Assembly: GCA_045601585.1 (NCBI GenBank)
Contig: JAZRZW010000060.1
Span: 1 to 49,724 of the forward strand
Direction of reading: 5' to 3'
Source: Faecousia sp.
Lineage (GTDB): Bacteria > Bacillota > Clostridia > Oscillospirales > Oscillospiraceae
Length of the DNA: 49,724 bases
In this document: positions 27,636-37,544 of the stretch, in pieces
How the letters are laid out: each line of letters opens with the position of its first letter
Numbering within the stretch: the stretch's first letter is position 1
The notes under the pieces: model-generated
The model's input: only the letters and a program-made list of their open reading frames with translations
The model's database searches: none
What the model was told of the DNA's origin: nothing
Translations under genes and position numbers: made by a program

Positions 27636-28394
27636 TTATGCCTCCAACAGTTGTGCGGCAAGTCGAAGCAAAGCCGGATCCTGGCTGCTGTTTTCGATTT
27701 GCACGGCGCCTTTTCCGTTCTCCAGCAATCCCGCATCTTCCAGAAGATGTCGAGTGTGGCGGGCGGTGCCTTCACTGCCGTCCAGGAGCAGAGTCTCCGG
27801 CAAAATCTTTTGGACGGCGTCTTTTACGAAGGGGTAATGGGTGCAGCCCAAAACCAGCGCATCCAATTTGCCGGCGTAGGGGGAGAGGATCTCCTCCAGC
27901 ATTTCCCGGGTCTCCGGTGCGTCGGTTAAGCCCGCTTCGATTTTTCGCACCAATCCCGGCGCCGGGATCAGAGCTACCTGCAAATCCGGGAACCGGGAGA
28001 GCTGCTGATGGAGCTTTTCCTCCCGCAGAGTGACCCGTGTGGCCATAATGCCGATATGTCCATGGGGGAAGCGGTCGACAGCAGGTTTCAGTGCCGGTTC
28101 AATACCCACAACGATCAGGTCGGGATAAGTCCGGCGCAGTTCCGCAATGGCGGCGGAGGTGGCGGTGTTACAGGCAATCACCAAAGCTTTGAGGCCCCGG
28201 GTATACAGCCGCGCTGCCGCATCCAGGGTCAAGTCTTTCACTTGCTGGGTGCTTTTCTCGCCGTAGGGGGCGTTCTTGGAATCGCCGAAATAAAGAAAAC
28301 GCTCTCCGGGCATCTGCTTTACCAGCTCCCGCAGGACGCTGATTCCTCCAATACCGGAGTCGAATACCGCAATATAATCTGTGGATTTGGCCAT
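27636..28394 (-). CDS. murI: Glutamate racemase
   Basis: FDSGIGG, PYG, ACNTAT, LGCTHY. Confidence 0.96.
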   Translation of the reverse strand: MAKSTDYIAVFDSGIGGISVLRELVKQMPGERFLYFGDSKNAPYGEKSTQQVKDLTLDAAARLYTRGLKALVIACNTATSAAIAELRRTYPDLIVVGIEPALKPAVDRFPHGHIGIMATRVTLREEKLHQQLSRFPDLQVALIPAPGLVRKIEAGLTDAPETREMLEEILSPYAGKLDALVLGCTHYPFVKDAVQKILPETLLLDGSEGTARHTRHLLEDAGLLENGKGAVQIENSSQDPALLRLAAQLLEA

Positions 28395-28669
28395 GGTCTC
28401 ACCTGCCTTTTGTATATTTCTAATATTGTATCAAAAAGAGACAGAAGTTGCAACGGTTAACCCAAAAAGTTTCTTCAATATCCCGGGGGCTAACCCCGAT
28501 CAAATAACGGAGGAAGTGCAAATTTCGGCGAAGGAGAAAAACGGCTGTAAAAATATGTTGTCTATGGTGTTGAAATGAGAAAAAGCTTAGGCGCGCAAAG
28601 GGTTTTTGCGTTTGTAAAAGGGGAAGATTTTGGTAAAATAGCACATAAACAAGATATCGATACAAAAAT

Positions 28670-28748
28670 ATTTGTACAAATCGACAAAAATCACAGCATA
28701 CATTTGTACAAACGGAGAATTGAAAAGTGCAAATGGATTTAGTAAAAT
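28670..28748 (+). promoter_or_regulatory. SigA promoter with upstream direct repeats
   Basis: ATTTGTACAAA at 28670 and 28702; TTGAAA (28720)-17 bp-TAAAAT (28743). Confidence 0.65.
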
Positions 28749-28836
28749 ATTGATAAGCATGAGGGGTTCAAAAGGAACTGCGATTGCAAATCGGTTGTAG
28801 GCAAATGTCTCAACACAATGTTATGGAGGAATAACA

Positions 28837-29784
28837 ATGAAAAAGTTAGTAGCACTGTTACTGGTTCTGGCTCTGTCCATCGGCTTGCTGGCTGCTTGCG
28901 GTGGCAAGGGTGATGCAGGCAAGGATGACGGCAAGTTCAAGGTTGCTATCTCCGTGGCTGAGTACAACGAGTGGAACAAGAACTACGAGAAGGTTATTAA
29001 GGAAAAGTGTGATGAGTGGGGCTGGGAGTACGAGATTTTCGACGCCAAGCAGGACGCTAACACTCAGATCGACCAGGTTCGTAACATCATCGCTCAGGGC
29101 TTTGATGCTATGACCATTCAGGCCGCTGACCTGGCTGCTTTGGCACCCGTTGTCAACGAGGCTGCTGACGCAGGCATCATCGTTGTTGACCACTATGGCT
29201 TCAGCAATGATCAGGTTCCCAGCGACAAGATCTACCAGAACCTGTTTGACCAGAAGGGCGCAGGCAAACTGCAGGCTGAAGAGTACATTAAGCTCAACGG
29301 CGATTCCGGCAAGGTTGCTATCATCGCTGGTCTGACCGGCGCTGACAACGCTATGCAGCGTACCGCAGGCTTCATGGAAGTCCTGGATAAGTACCCCAAC
29401 ATCGAAGTCGTTGCTACTGAGTACTGTGACTGGGATACCCAGAAGGCACAGACCGCAGCTGAGAACATTCTGACTGCTCACCCCGACCTGACTGCATTCC
29501 TGGTACAGGATGACGGCATGTCCAAGGGCGTTTGGAACGCAATCGAAGCAGCTGGCAAGAAGGATACCTGCAAGATCGCATCTCAGGGCTTCTATGGCTG
29601 GTCCAAGGACTACATCAAGTCCGACAAGTTCATGTTCACCATCACCTATCCCGCAGGCTTCTTCTCCGGCCAGGCTATGGATATGATCAAGGCCGCTTAC
29701 GAAGGCACCATCACCGAGCGTGTAACCTACGTTGGTATGGAACTGGTCACCAAGGAGAACGTCGACACTGCAATGCACGACTAA
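28837..29784 (+). CDS. Sugar ABC transporter substrate-binding lipoprotein (RbsB-like)
   Basis: LAAC lipobox, periplasmic binding protein type 1 motifs (R..GF, W, DDGM). Confidence 0.9.
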   Translation: MKKLVALLLVLALSIGLLAACGGKGDAGKDDGKFKVAISVAEYNEWNKNYEKVIKEKCDEWGWEYEIFDAKQDANTQIDQVRNIIAQGFDAMTIQAADLAALAPVVNEAADAGIIVVDHYGFSNDQVPSDKIYQNLFDQKGAGKLQAEEYIKLNGDSGKVAIIAGLTGADNAMQRTAGFMEVLDKYPNIEVVATEYCDWDTQKAQTAAENILTAHPDLTAFLVQDDGMSKGVWNAIEAAGKKDTCKIASQGFYGWSKDYIKSDKFMFTITYPAGFFSGQAMDMIKAAYEGTITERVTYVGMELVTKENVDTAMHD

Positions 29785-29820
29785 TTCTTAGTCCTGACAA
29801 TTTATCCGTTTAACTAAATC

Positions 29821-31473
29821 TTGAGCAAAGAAGCCGGGTGTTCGCACCCGGCTTCTATAAAAGAGGAGACGTGGACTGAGAACGATACTGTATTTTTTGA
29901 GATGCGTGGTATCAGCAAGGAGTTCCCTGGCGTCAAAGCCCTGGATAATGTGGGCTTTAGCGTGGAAGCAGGTGAAGTCCGTGCGCTGGTCGGTGAAAAT
30001 GGTGCCGGTAAGTCCACGTTGATGAAGATCCTCAACGGTAACTACAAAAAAGATTCCGGTACGATCCTGATCGACGGAGAAGAGGTGAATATCACTAACC
30101 CCCAGGTGGCTGACGCCTTGGGTATCACCATTATTTTCCAGGAATTGAATCTGGTAGACGAGCTGTCTATTACTGAGAATATTTTTGCAGGTCGTTTGAC
30201 TGAAGGTGGCAAGCGGTACAAAAAGAATCTCTACGGCAAAACAGAGAAGATGTTGTGGAAGCTTGGTGTGGATGTCAACCTGAAGAACCTGGACCTGTTT
30301 TCCAAGCGAATTTCCAAGAACAGAACGCTTGTAAACTGGAGAAAGCTGCACGCAAAGGCAAAGGAATTGATGTTGCGTATCGGCTTTGATAAGAACCCCA
30401 AGACCTTAGTGGGCAAGTTGACGGTTGCAGAAAAGCAGATGGTGGAAATTGCCAAGGCTTTGAACCGCAACTCCCGTATCATCCTGATGGATGAACCTTC
30501 CGCAACTTTAACTAAAAAAGAACTGGATGCGCTTTTCCGGATCATTCGTGATCTGAAGCAGCAGGGCATTGCAGTGATATATATTTCCCACCGTATGGAA
30601 GAGATCTTTGAGATCTGTGAGAGTGTCACCGTTCTTCGTGACGGCCAGATGATCGGTACCCGAAAGATTGCCGATGTTACCAACGATGAGTTGGTGGAGA
30701 TGATGGTTGGCCGCGAGGTCAGCAGTGCATTCCCCAAGCGTAATTGTCAGGTGGGCGAAGAGGTTCTTCGCGTAGAAAACCTTTGCCGCAAGGACCGCCA
30801 GCAGGATGTCAGCTTCAGCCTTCACAAAGGTGAGGTGCTGGGCATTGCCGGTCTGGTTGGTGCAGGCAGAACTGAGATTATGCGCGCTATCTTCGGTGTG
30901 GACTATATCAACAAGATGAATGTGTATGTTCACGGCAAGAAGGTGAAGATCCGCAAGCCGGAGGATGCAAAGCGCCATGGTGTGGCGTTTCTGACGGAAA
31001 ACAGAAAGCTGGAAGGCTTGACGCTGGACTTTACTGTCCAGTCCAACATTGTGGCGGCTAACCTGAAAACCATTCGCAAGGGTCTGTTCACCAATAAAAA
31101 GAAGGAAGCAGATATTGCTGACGAATATATCGAAAAGACCCGTATCAAGACGCCTCACCGCAATCAGAAGGTGGGCAACCTCTCCGGCGGCAACCAGCAG
31201 AAGGTGGTCGTCAGTAAGTGGCTGAACTCTGAACCTGAGATTCTGATTATGGACGAGCCCACCCGTGGTATCGACGTGGGTGCAAAGCGCGAGATCTATG
31301 AGACCATCAATGAGCTGGTAGCTCAGGGCAAGGCCATCATTATGATCTCCTCCGAGCTGCCTGAGGTCTTGGGTATGAGCGACCGCGTCCTGGTTATGAA
31401 GGACGATGCCATCGTAGCAGAACTGACCGGCGATAAGATCAACGCTGTGGAAGTAATGCGCTACGCCCTTTGA
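29821..31473 (+). CDS. Sugar ABC transporter ATP-binding protein (two-domain RbsA/MglA type); start uncertain
   Basis: GENGAGKST, MDEPS, LSGGNQQKVV, DEPTRGIDVGAK. Confidence 0.93.
   Translation: MSKEAGCSHPASIKEETWTENDTVFFEMRGISKEFPGVKALDNVGFSVEAGEVRALVGENGAGKSTLMKILNGNYKKDSGTILIDGEEVNITNPQVADALGITIIFQELNLVDELSITENIFAGRLTEGGKRYKKNLYGKTEKMLWKLGVDVNLKNLDLFSKRISKNRTLVNWRKLHAKAKELMLRIGFDKNPKTLVGKLTVAEKQMVEIAKALNRNSRIILMDEPSATLTKKELDALFRIIRDLKQQGIAVIYISHRMEEIFEICESVTVLRDGQMIGTRKIADVTNDELVEMMVGREVSSAFPKRNCQVGEEVLRVENLCRKDRQQDVSFSLHKGEVLGIAGLVGAGRTEIMRAIFGVDYINKMNVYVHGKKVKIRKPEDAKRHGVAFLTENRKLEGLTLDFTVQSNIVAANLKTIRKGLFTNKKKEADIADEYIEKTRIKTPHRNQKVGNLSGGNQQKVVVSKWLNSEPEILIMDEPTRGIDVGAKREIYETINELVAQGKAIIMISSELPEVLGMSDRVLVMKDDAIVAELTGDKINAVEVMRYAL
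29829..29856 (+). other. Intercistronic stem-loop
   Basis: AGAAGCCGGGTG-TTCG-CACCCGGCTTCT, no U tract. Confidence 0.75.
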
Positions 31474-31504
31474 TTCCCCAGTATTTAGAGAAGGAGGCGG
31501 AGCA

Positions 31505-32491
31505 ATGAAACAAAATTCCTTGAATGGAAGACGCCTGACCCCGAAAGTTGCCGGGGAATGGGCGATGAATAATACCAACCTTTTGCTGATGATCACGCTG
31601 GTCCTTGTGGGTGCCTTCACGACCGACAGCTTCTTCAGTGGTTCCAACCTGGCCAATGTCCTCAAGCAGATCACCGTCAATGGCCTGTTGGCAGTGGCTT
31701 GTACAATGACCCTGTTGGTCAATGGTTTCGACCTTTCTATCGGCCATGTTATGGCGCTGTGCGCTGTTATGTGTATCGGTTTTGAAAAGACCCACGGTGG
31801 CGTGGTGGCGATCATAGTGGCGCTTTCCGTTGGTGCTGCAATGGGCCTGATCAACGGCCTTTTGATGAAAATCACCAGAGGCGGTTCCGGTGAAGGCTTT
31901 ATGATCACTTTGGCTACCGGTATGATGGCTCAGGCACTTGCCAAGTGGTACACCAACGGTAGTGAGATCATCCGCAAGCAGATTCCGGAGAACCAGGATT
32001 GGTTCCGTCAGCTGGGTCAGGGCGACCTGTGGGGATTCCCCATCTGTGCGCTGATCTGGATCGCAGTTATGGTGATCCTGCAAATTATAATCAAGAAAAC
32101 AACCTTCGGCAGAAAGATGCTGCTGACCGGCGCCAACAAGAAGTCTGCATATCTTGCCGGTATCAATGCCGGTTGGATTAAGGTGATCGCTTATACCGTG
32201 GCAGGTTTTGTTTGCGGTATCGCAGCGGTGATCTTCGCAGCTCGTTTTAACAGCGCGTCCGATGGCTCCGGTGTAGGCGGCGACTTCAACGGTGCGGTTA
32301 TTTCCATCGTCGGCGGTAATGCCCTCTATGGCGGCCACGGCGGTATGGTGCAGGTGTTCATCGGTGCCGTTACATTCGGCCTGATCACCAACATCCTGCA
32401 GCTGTTGGGAATTGAGACCAATCTCCAATATATTATTCAAGGCGCGATCCTGCTGTTGGCGATCAACCTTGACAGACTGAAGAAGAGGTGA
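31505..32491 (+). CDS. Sugar ABC transporter permease
   Basis: FDLSIG, T.FGR...GAN..SA.LAGI. Confidence 0.9.
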   Translation: MKQNSLNGRRLTPKVAGEWAMNNTNLLLMITLVLVGAFTTDSFFSGSNLANVLKQITVNGLLAVACTMTLLVNGFDLSIGHVMALCAVMCIGFEKTHGGVVAIIVALSVGAAMGLINGLLMKITRGGSGEGFMITLATGMMAQALAKWYTNGSEIIRKQIPENQDWFRQLGQGDLWGFPICALIWIAVMVILQIIIKKTTFGRKMLLTGANKKSAYLAGINAGWIKVIAYTVAGFVCGIAAVIFAARFNSASDGSGVGGDFNGAVISIVGGNALYGGHGGMVQVFIGAVTFGLITNILQLLGIETNLQYIIQGAILLLAINLDRLKKR

Positions 32492-32496
32492 TTGGT

Positions 32497-33513
32497 ATGA
32501 AAAAACAAACTTGTTTGAATCCCTCTGTAGGCAGACGCCTGGGTAATACGGCGCTGAATGTAGGAAAAACTATTTTCACTGAGTACCGTATCCCGCTGCT
32601 GGCGATTTTGCTGTTCTTCTATATGAGCTGGGATTTCCCCCGGTTCGTAAAACCCTATAATCTCTATTCGATTGCAGACTCTGCTGCAAGTAGCGGTATT
32701 GCCGCACTGGGCTTTACCTTTATTCTGTTGGTAGGTCAGCTGGATATTTCCTTTGGTTCCGTGATCTCCCTGAGTTCCTGTGTTTTTATGATGCTGCTCA
32801 AGGGCGGACAGTCTTTGATAGTCGCACTTCTGGCGGCTCTGATTGTTGGCTGTATTTGCGGTGCCATTACCGGTTTCTTTGTGGCAAACTTCCGCCTGTC
32901 ACCCTTCATTGTGTCTATGACTATGCAGCTGGTGTACAGAGGTGTGGCTCTGCTGATCACCGATTCTACACCGGTGGCAATGACCCATCCTTTCCTGCGT
33001 GAGATGTCCAAGTTCAAGCTGTTCGATATTTTCCCGATTTCCTTCCTGGTATTTATCGGGCTGACGCTAATCGTGGAATTTATCCTGCGCAAGACCCAAT
33101 ACGGCAGGAATCTGTACCTGGTTGGCGGTAATATCAATACCGCAGATAACCTGGGTATGAAAGCAAACCGCTATATCTGGAGTGCATATATTCTCCAGGG
33201 CTTGTTTGCAGCGATTGCCGGTGTGGCAATGATGACCCGCACCTCTTCTGCCAACGGCAACATTGGCGCCCAGACTTTGATGTCTGTCATTCCCATGGTG
33301 ATCGTGGGTGGCACCTCTATGGCCGGTGGTAAGGGCAGCGCCATCAAGACGTTGTACGGCGTTATTCTGCTGAGTATGGTATACAACTCTCTGAACTTCT
33401 TCATCTTCCGTTACGATTTCCCCACAGAGCTCCAGTCCTTTGTCAAGGGCATGATCCTGCTGGTGGTGGTCGTGGTCGATAAGTATATGGAGAACCGCAA
33501 CGAAAAAGTATAG
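32497..33513 (+). CDS. Sugar ABC transporter permease
   Basis: LDISFG, TQYGRNLYLVGGN, VGGTSMAGGKG. Confidence 0.9.
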   Translation: MKKQTCLNPSVGRRLGNTALNVGKTIFTEYRIPLLAILLFFYMSWDFPRFVKPYNLYSIADSAASSGIAALGFTFILLVGQLDISFGSVISLSSCVFMMLLKGGQSLIVALLAALIVGCICGAITGFFVANFRLSPFIVSMTMQLVYRGVALLITDSTPVAMTHPFLREMSKFKLFDIFPISFLVFIGLTLIVEFILRKTQYGRNLYLVGGNINTADNLGMKANRYIWSAYILQGLFAAIAGVAMMTRTSSANGNIGAQTLMSVIPMVIVGGTSMAGGKGSAIKTLYGVILLSMVYNSLNFFIFRYDFPTELQSFVKGMILLVVVVVDKYMENRNEKV

Positions 33514-33607
33514 CATTTCCCTCCAATCCGGCAGTCTTCGGACTGCCGGATTTTTTGCCTTTTCACAGACAGTAAAATATGTTATACTGAAAAAAGGAGG
33601 TGCCCAC

Positions 33608-34264
33608 ATGGAAAAAATTGCAAAGACCCTGAGCAGAAGTCTTTTTAAGGGCATCGAGGAAGAAAATCTCACGGCCATGCTCTATTGTACCGGCTACCGC
33701 GTGGCGGACTATCAGAAGGGACAGATCATATCCCTGGAGCAGGAGGAGATCCGTCATATCGGCGTGGTGCTTTGCGGCGCAGTAGATATGGTGATTGAGG
33801 ATCTCTGGGGCAGCAAGACGCTCCTGGTGCGCCAGGGAGAAGGGGAATTGTTCGGCGAGACCTTTGCCTGCAGCCGGGATAACCGGGCGCTGGCCACCTT
33901 TGTGGCTGCGCAGGACTGCCGGGTGGTGTTCATTCCGTTTTATAAGGTGATGCATACTTGCAACCATTCCTGCCAATTCCACCATCGTTTGGTGGAGAAT
34001 ATGGTGGAGATCATTGCCGGGAAGAACCGGGAATTGCTGCGCAAGGTGGATGTGGTGTCTAAGAAATCTCTCCGGGAGAAGATCCTGGCGTATCTCTCCA
34101 TCCAGTCTCAAATTCAGCAAAGTCGTTATATTGAGCTGCCTCTGGGGCGGGTGGAACTGGCCCAGTACCTTTGTGCTGACCGCAGCGCCCTGACCCGGGA
34201 ATTGGAGAAGATGCGGACTGATGGCTTGATCGATTTCCATAAAAACACCTTTAAGATTTTATAA
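33608..34264 (+). CDS. Crp/Fnr family regulator
   Basis: cNMP-binding region (FGE) and C-terminal HTH ELAQYL..DRSALTREL. Confidence 0.92.
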   Translation: MEKIAKTLSRSLFKGIEEENLTAMLYCTGYRVADYQKGQIISLEQEEIRHIGVVLCGAVDMVIEDLWGSKTLLVRQGEGELFGETFACSRDNRALATFVAAQDCRVVFIPFYKVMHTCNHSCQFHHRLVENMVEIIAGKNRELLRKVDVVSKKSLREKILAYLSIQSQIQQSRYIELPLGRVELAQYLCADRSALTRELEKMRTDGLIDFHKNTFKIL

Positions 34265-34267
34265 ATT

Positions 34268-34303
34268 ACTCCCCATATGTTGCCTGCGCAACATATGGGG
34301 AGT
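34268..34303. promoter_or_regulatory. Crp/Fnr-type operator within a perfect 16-bp-arm palindrome
   Basis: ACTCCCCATATGTTGC-CTGC-GCAACATATGGGGAGT; TGaTACAAT extended -10 at 34312..34320. Confidence 0.7.
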
Positions 34304-34341
34304 TCTCTCTGTGATACAATAAAGCAAAGGAGGGATGCATT

Positions 34342-34602
34342 ATGATTATGGAAGGATGCCAGGCGAAGCCTAAAACCCCTACGATTATTGAAAAGATCTG
34401 CCCCCAATGCGGCGCAGAGATCGAACTGTTTTCCATCGATACCCAGATGCCCTGCGAGCATTGCGGATTTGTGGCTTACAACGATACCCTGAGCTGCGTA
34501 CAGTGGTGTCAATATGCCCGCAAATGTGTAGGAGATGAGATGTACGAGAAGATGATGGAGGTCTTGCGTACACAAAAAGAAAGAGGTGGTCAGAGTGCGT
34601 AG
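34342..34602 (+). CDS. Small Cys-rich metal-binding protein
   Basis: CPQCG, CEHCG, CVQWCQYARKC; AAGGAGG RBS. Confidence 0.75.
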   Translation: MIMEGCQAKPKTPTIIEKICPQCGAEIELFSIDTQMPCEHCGFVAYNDTLSCVQWCQYARKCVGDEMYEKMMEVLRTQKERGGQSA

Positions 34603-35218
34603 AAGAATCATTGAGGTCGATGAGGCAAAATGCAATGGTTGCGGATTGTGTGTGACCGCTTGCCATGAAGGGGCCATCGGTCTTGTGGATGGCAAAGCAA
34701 AGCTTCTGCGGGATGACTACTGCGACGGTCTGGGAGATTGCCTCCCGGCCTGTCCTACCGGTGCCATCACCTTTGTAGAGAGAGAAGCGGCGGCTTATGA
34801 TGCAGCTGCAGTAGAGCGGGCTCAGAAGGTAAAAAAATTCCGGGAGGTTGCAACCAACCGGTTGGAAAATTTCCCGGTACAGCTGAAGCTGGTACCGGAG
34901 AACGGTCCCTTTTTCCGGGACGCAGACCTTTTGATCGCTGCAGACTGCACCGCCTATGCCTACGGAAATTTCCACAATGACTTCATGGCGGGGAAAGTAA
35001 CCCTTATTGGCTGCCCTAAGCTGGATGGCGTGGATTATTCCGGGAAGCTTTCCCGAATTTTTGCAGAGAACCCTATCCGCAGCATTACTGTGGTGCGAAT
35101 GACCGTGCCTTGTTGTGGAGGTCTGCCCTTTGCTGTAAAAAACGCACTGGCCCAAAGTGGCAAGGATATTCCCTTAACTGTCATCACCATCGACCCCCAC
35201 GGAAACGTTGTGGAATAA
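34586..35218 (+). CDS. 4Fe-4S dicluster protein
   Basis: CNGCGLCVTACHEGAI, CDGLGDCLPACP, AADC, GCPKLD, VPCC. Confidence 0.9.
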   Translation: MVRVRRRIIEVDEAKCNGCGLCVTACHEGAIGLVDGKAKLLRDDYCDGLGDCLPACPTGAITFVEREAAAYDAAAVERAQKVKKFREVATNRLENFPVQLKLVPENGPFFRDADLLIAADCTAYAYGNFHNDFMAGKVTLIGCPKLDGVDYSGKLSRIFAENPIRSITVVRMTVPCCGGLPFAVKNALAQSGKDIPLTVITIDPHGNVVE

Positions 35219-35261
35219 AAAGATCCCCTTCCGGAAACCGGAAGGGGATTTTGTTGTCAGT

Positions 35262-36725
35262 TTACACAGCCAGGAAGAACTTCACCAGGAACAGCAGGGA
35301 AATGACATAGGTCAGGATGGAAACATCCTTGGCCTTGCCACTGAGAACCTTAATGAAGGTGTAGGAGATCAGACCCAGGCCGATAGCGTGACCGATGGAG
35401 CCGGAGATAGGCATTGCGATCAGCATCAGGGCAACGGGAACAAACTGATCAAGGTCCTCAAAGTCGACATTTCTCAGACCCTGGAGCATCAGCACGCCAA
35501 CATAGATCAGCGCTGCGGAGGTTGCTGCGGGAGGAATGATTGCAGCAATGGGAGCAATGAAGATACAAGCCAGGAACAGCACGCCGGTGACCAGAGCGGT
35601 CAGGCCGGTGCGGCCGCCGGCTTCCACGCCGGAAGCGGATTCCACGAAAGTGGTAACAGTGGAGGTGCCGGTGCAGGCGCCAGCCATAGTGCCGATGGCG
35701 TCGGACAGCAGAGCTTCACGCATATTGGGCATGTTGCCCTTCTGGTCCACCATACCGGCGCGGGAAGCAGTGCCTACCAGAGTGCCGATGGTGTCGAACA
35801 TATCGATGATGCAGAAGGTGATGATCAGGGTGATGGAGGTAAACCAGCCGATACCTACAAAGCCCTTGAAGTCGAACTTGAAGAGGGTGGTGTCAGCCAT
35901 ATCCTTGAAGGGAGGCAGGAAGCTGGCGGTCTTCAGGCTCTCAAAGGGGTTGGCGTGGAGGAACAGGTAAGTGCCGCCCCAGTAAACCACGGAGGCGATC
36001 AGCATACCGTACAGGACGGAACCCTTAACACCCTTCTTGGAAAGAACGATAATGGCGAACAGACCGACGAACATGGTAACAACGGTCAAAACCATAGCGC
36101 CGTAGCTGGCACCGGCGGAAGCCATACTGCTCTGGATGGTGGAGGGGGTCATAGCGCCGAAAAAGTCCTTCATAGCGTAGAAGACGGGAGTCTGGCCGGT
36201 GGTCGGGTTAAATGCACCAAACACACCTGCGTTAGAGCCCAGACCGATATTCATCAGCATAATGCCAATGGCAGGGGCGATACCCAGGCGGACACCCAGA
36301 GGAATGGATTCTACAATCTTTTCGCGGATATTAAAGATGGACAGGAGGATGAAAACAAGACCTTCTGCCAAAATGATGACCAGTGCAGCCTGGAAGGCTT
36401 GGGTGTAGGACATTTCAACACCCTTCAGGGCATAGATGGAAACGATGTTTGTGACAACCACAGCAAAGAAGCTGTTCAGGCCCATACCGGGAGCCATGGC
36501 AAAGGGCTTGTTAGCCAGGAATGCCATACAGAACATACCGATTGCAGAGGCAATACAGGTAGCCAGGAACACGCCGTTCCACAGGGGGCCTTTGGAGAAA
36601 TCGGTCAGAAGATTAGGGTTCAGGGCGATGATGTAGGCCATCGTCATGAAGGTAGTCAAACCGGCGACTAGCTCGGTTTTGACATTTGTGCCGTTCGCTT
36701 TCAGCTTAAAAACTTTTTCGAACAT
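35262..36725 (-). CDS. NCS2/AzgA-type purine permease
   Basis: AGLTTFMTMAYI, APGMGLN, ESASGVEAGGRTGL. Confidence 0.93.
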   Translation of the reverse strand: MFEKVFKLKANGTNVKTELVAGLTTFMTMAYIIALNPNLLTDFSKGPLWNGVFLATCIASAIGMFCMAFLANKPFAMAPGMGLNSFFAVVVTNIVSIYALKGVEMSYTQAFQAALVIILAEGLVFILLSIFNIREKIVESIPLGVRLGIAPAIGIMLMNIGLGSNAGVFGAFNPTTGQTPVFYAMKDFFGAMTPSTIQSSMASAGASYGAMVLTVVTMFVGLFAIIVLSKKGVKGSVLYGMLIASVVYWGGTYLFLHANPFESLKTASFLPPFKDMADTTLFKFDFKGFVGIGWFTSITLIITFCIIDMFDTIGTLVGTASRAGMVDQKGNMPNMREALLSDAIGTMAGACTGTSTVTTFVESASGVEAGGRTGLTALVTGVLFLACIFIAPIAAIIPPAATSAALIYVGVLMLQGLRNVDFEDLDQFVPVALMLIAMPISGSIGHAIGLGLISYTFIKVLSGKAKDVSILTYVISLLFLVKFFLAV

Positions 36726-36874
36726 GAGATCCGTCCTTTCTCTTTCAGTAATCCGAAAAGCAAAACTTTTCTGGTTCTATTCTACCAAAACCGGAAGGAA
36801 TAGTCAAACATATTATATCCCCAAAAGATAAAAATTACCTGATGTTTACCTTGCGATTTTTCTTGCTATGATGT

Positions 36875-37516
36875 ATGCTAATAGAAAAAGGGGTGAGGGT
36901 ATTGACTGAGAAAACAGATAACTATGCCATCCAGATGACCCAGGCGAAAAAGCATTTTCTGACCTACGATCAGCAGGAGTTGATTGGTCGCTGCAATTTG
37001 CGGTTTGATCGCGAGTATTTCTATATCACCTTCCTGGCAGAGCCCTATCGCATCTGCCGTACCACCGGGGATATGGAGCGCTTCGCCGGCGGGAAATGGG
37101 TGGATGCCAATAGCTTCGGGGAGGTAATGACGATCCTCGACTGGCTTTGCGACAGCCGCCCGGACCGCTACATAACCGGCCGCTGGATCAATATCGTCAG
37201 CCACGGCCATTATTTCCACAGTAACCTCCAGGAGGGAGAGGACCGGAATGCGGAATTCTTTTCCCAAAACGACCGGGCCTTTATCGACGCCTGCCTTTCG
37301 CTGAAAGGAGAACCTACCTCGGGCGCAGACATCGGCTACGCCATTGAGCTGGTGGATGGTCTGCGGATCCTGGTACAGCTTTGGCACGGAGATGACGAAT
37401 TTCCGGCACGCTTGCGTTTTCTCTGGGATGAAAATACCACCCGCTATATCCGCTACGAAACCTCCTGGTATGCTCTGGGACTGCTGACCCAACGCATCCG
37501 TGAAAAAATGAAATAA
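36875..37516 (+). CDS. DUF3786 domain protein
   Basis: LWHGDDEFPA...LWDEN. Confidence 0.75.
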   Translation: MLIEKGVRVLTEKTDNYAIQMTQAKKHFLTYDQQELIGRCNLRFDREYFYITFLAEPYRICRTTGDMERFAGGKWVDANSFGEVMTILDWLCDSRPDRYITGRWINIVSHGHYFHSNLQEGEDRNAEFFSQNDRAFIDACLSLKGEPTSGADIGYAIELVDGLRILVQLWHGDDEFPARLRFLWDENTTRYIRYETSWYALGLLTQRIREKMK

Positions 37517-37544
37517 AAAGCAGGAGAAATTCTCCTGCTTTTTT
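37515..37544. terminator. Bidirectional terminator (AAAAAGCAGG family)
   Basis: AAAAAGCAGGAGA-AAT-TCTCCTGCTTTTTT. Confidence 0.75.

Noticed and set aside
36726-36874. Purine riboswitch upstream of the NCS2 permease
   Set aside because: No aptamer consensus seen; a TTGACT-17 bp-TAGAAT promoter on the minus strand (36779..36807) leaves too short a leader
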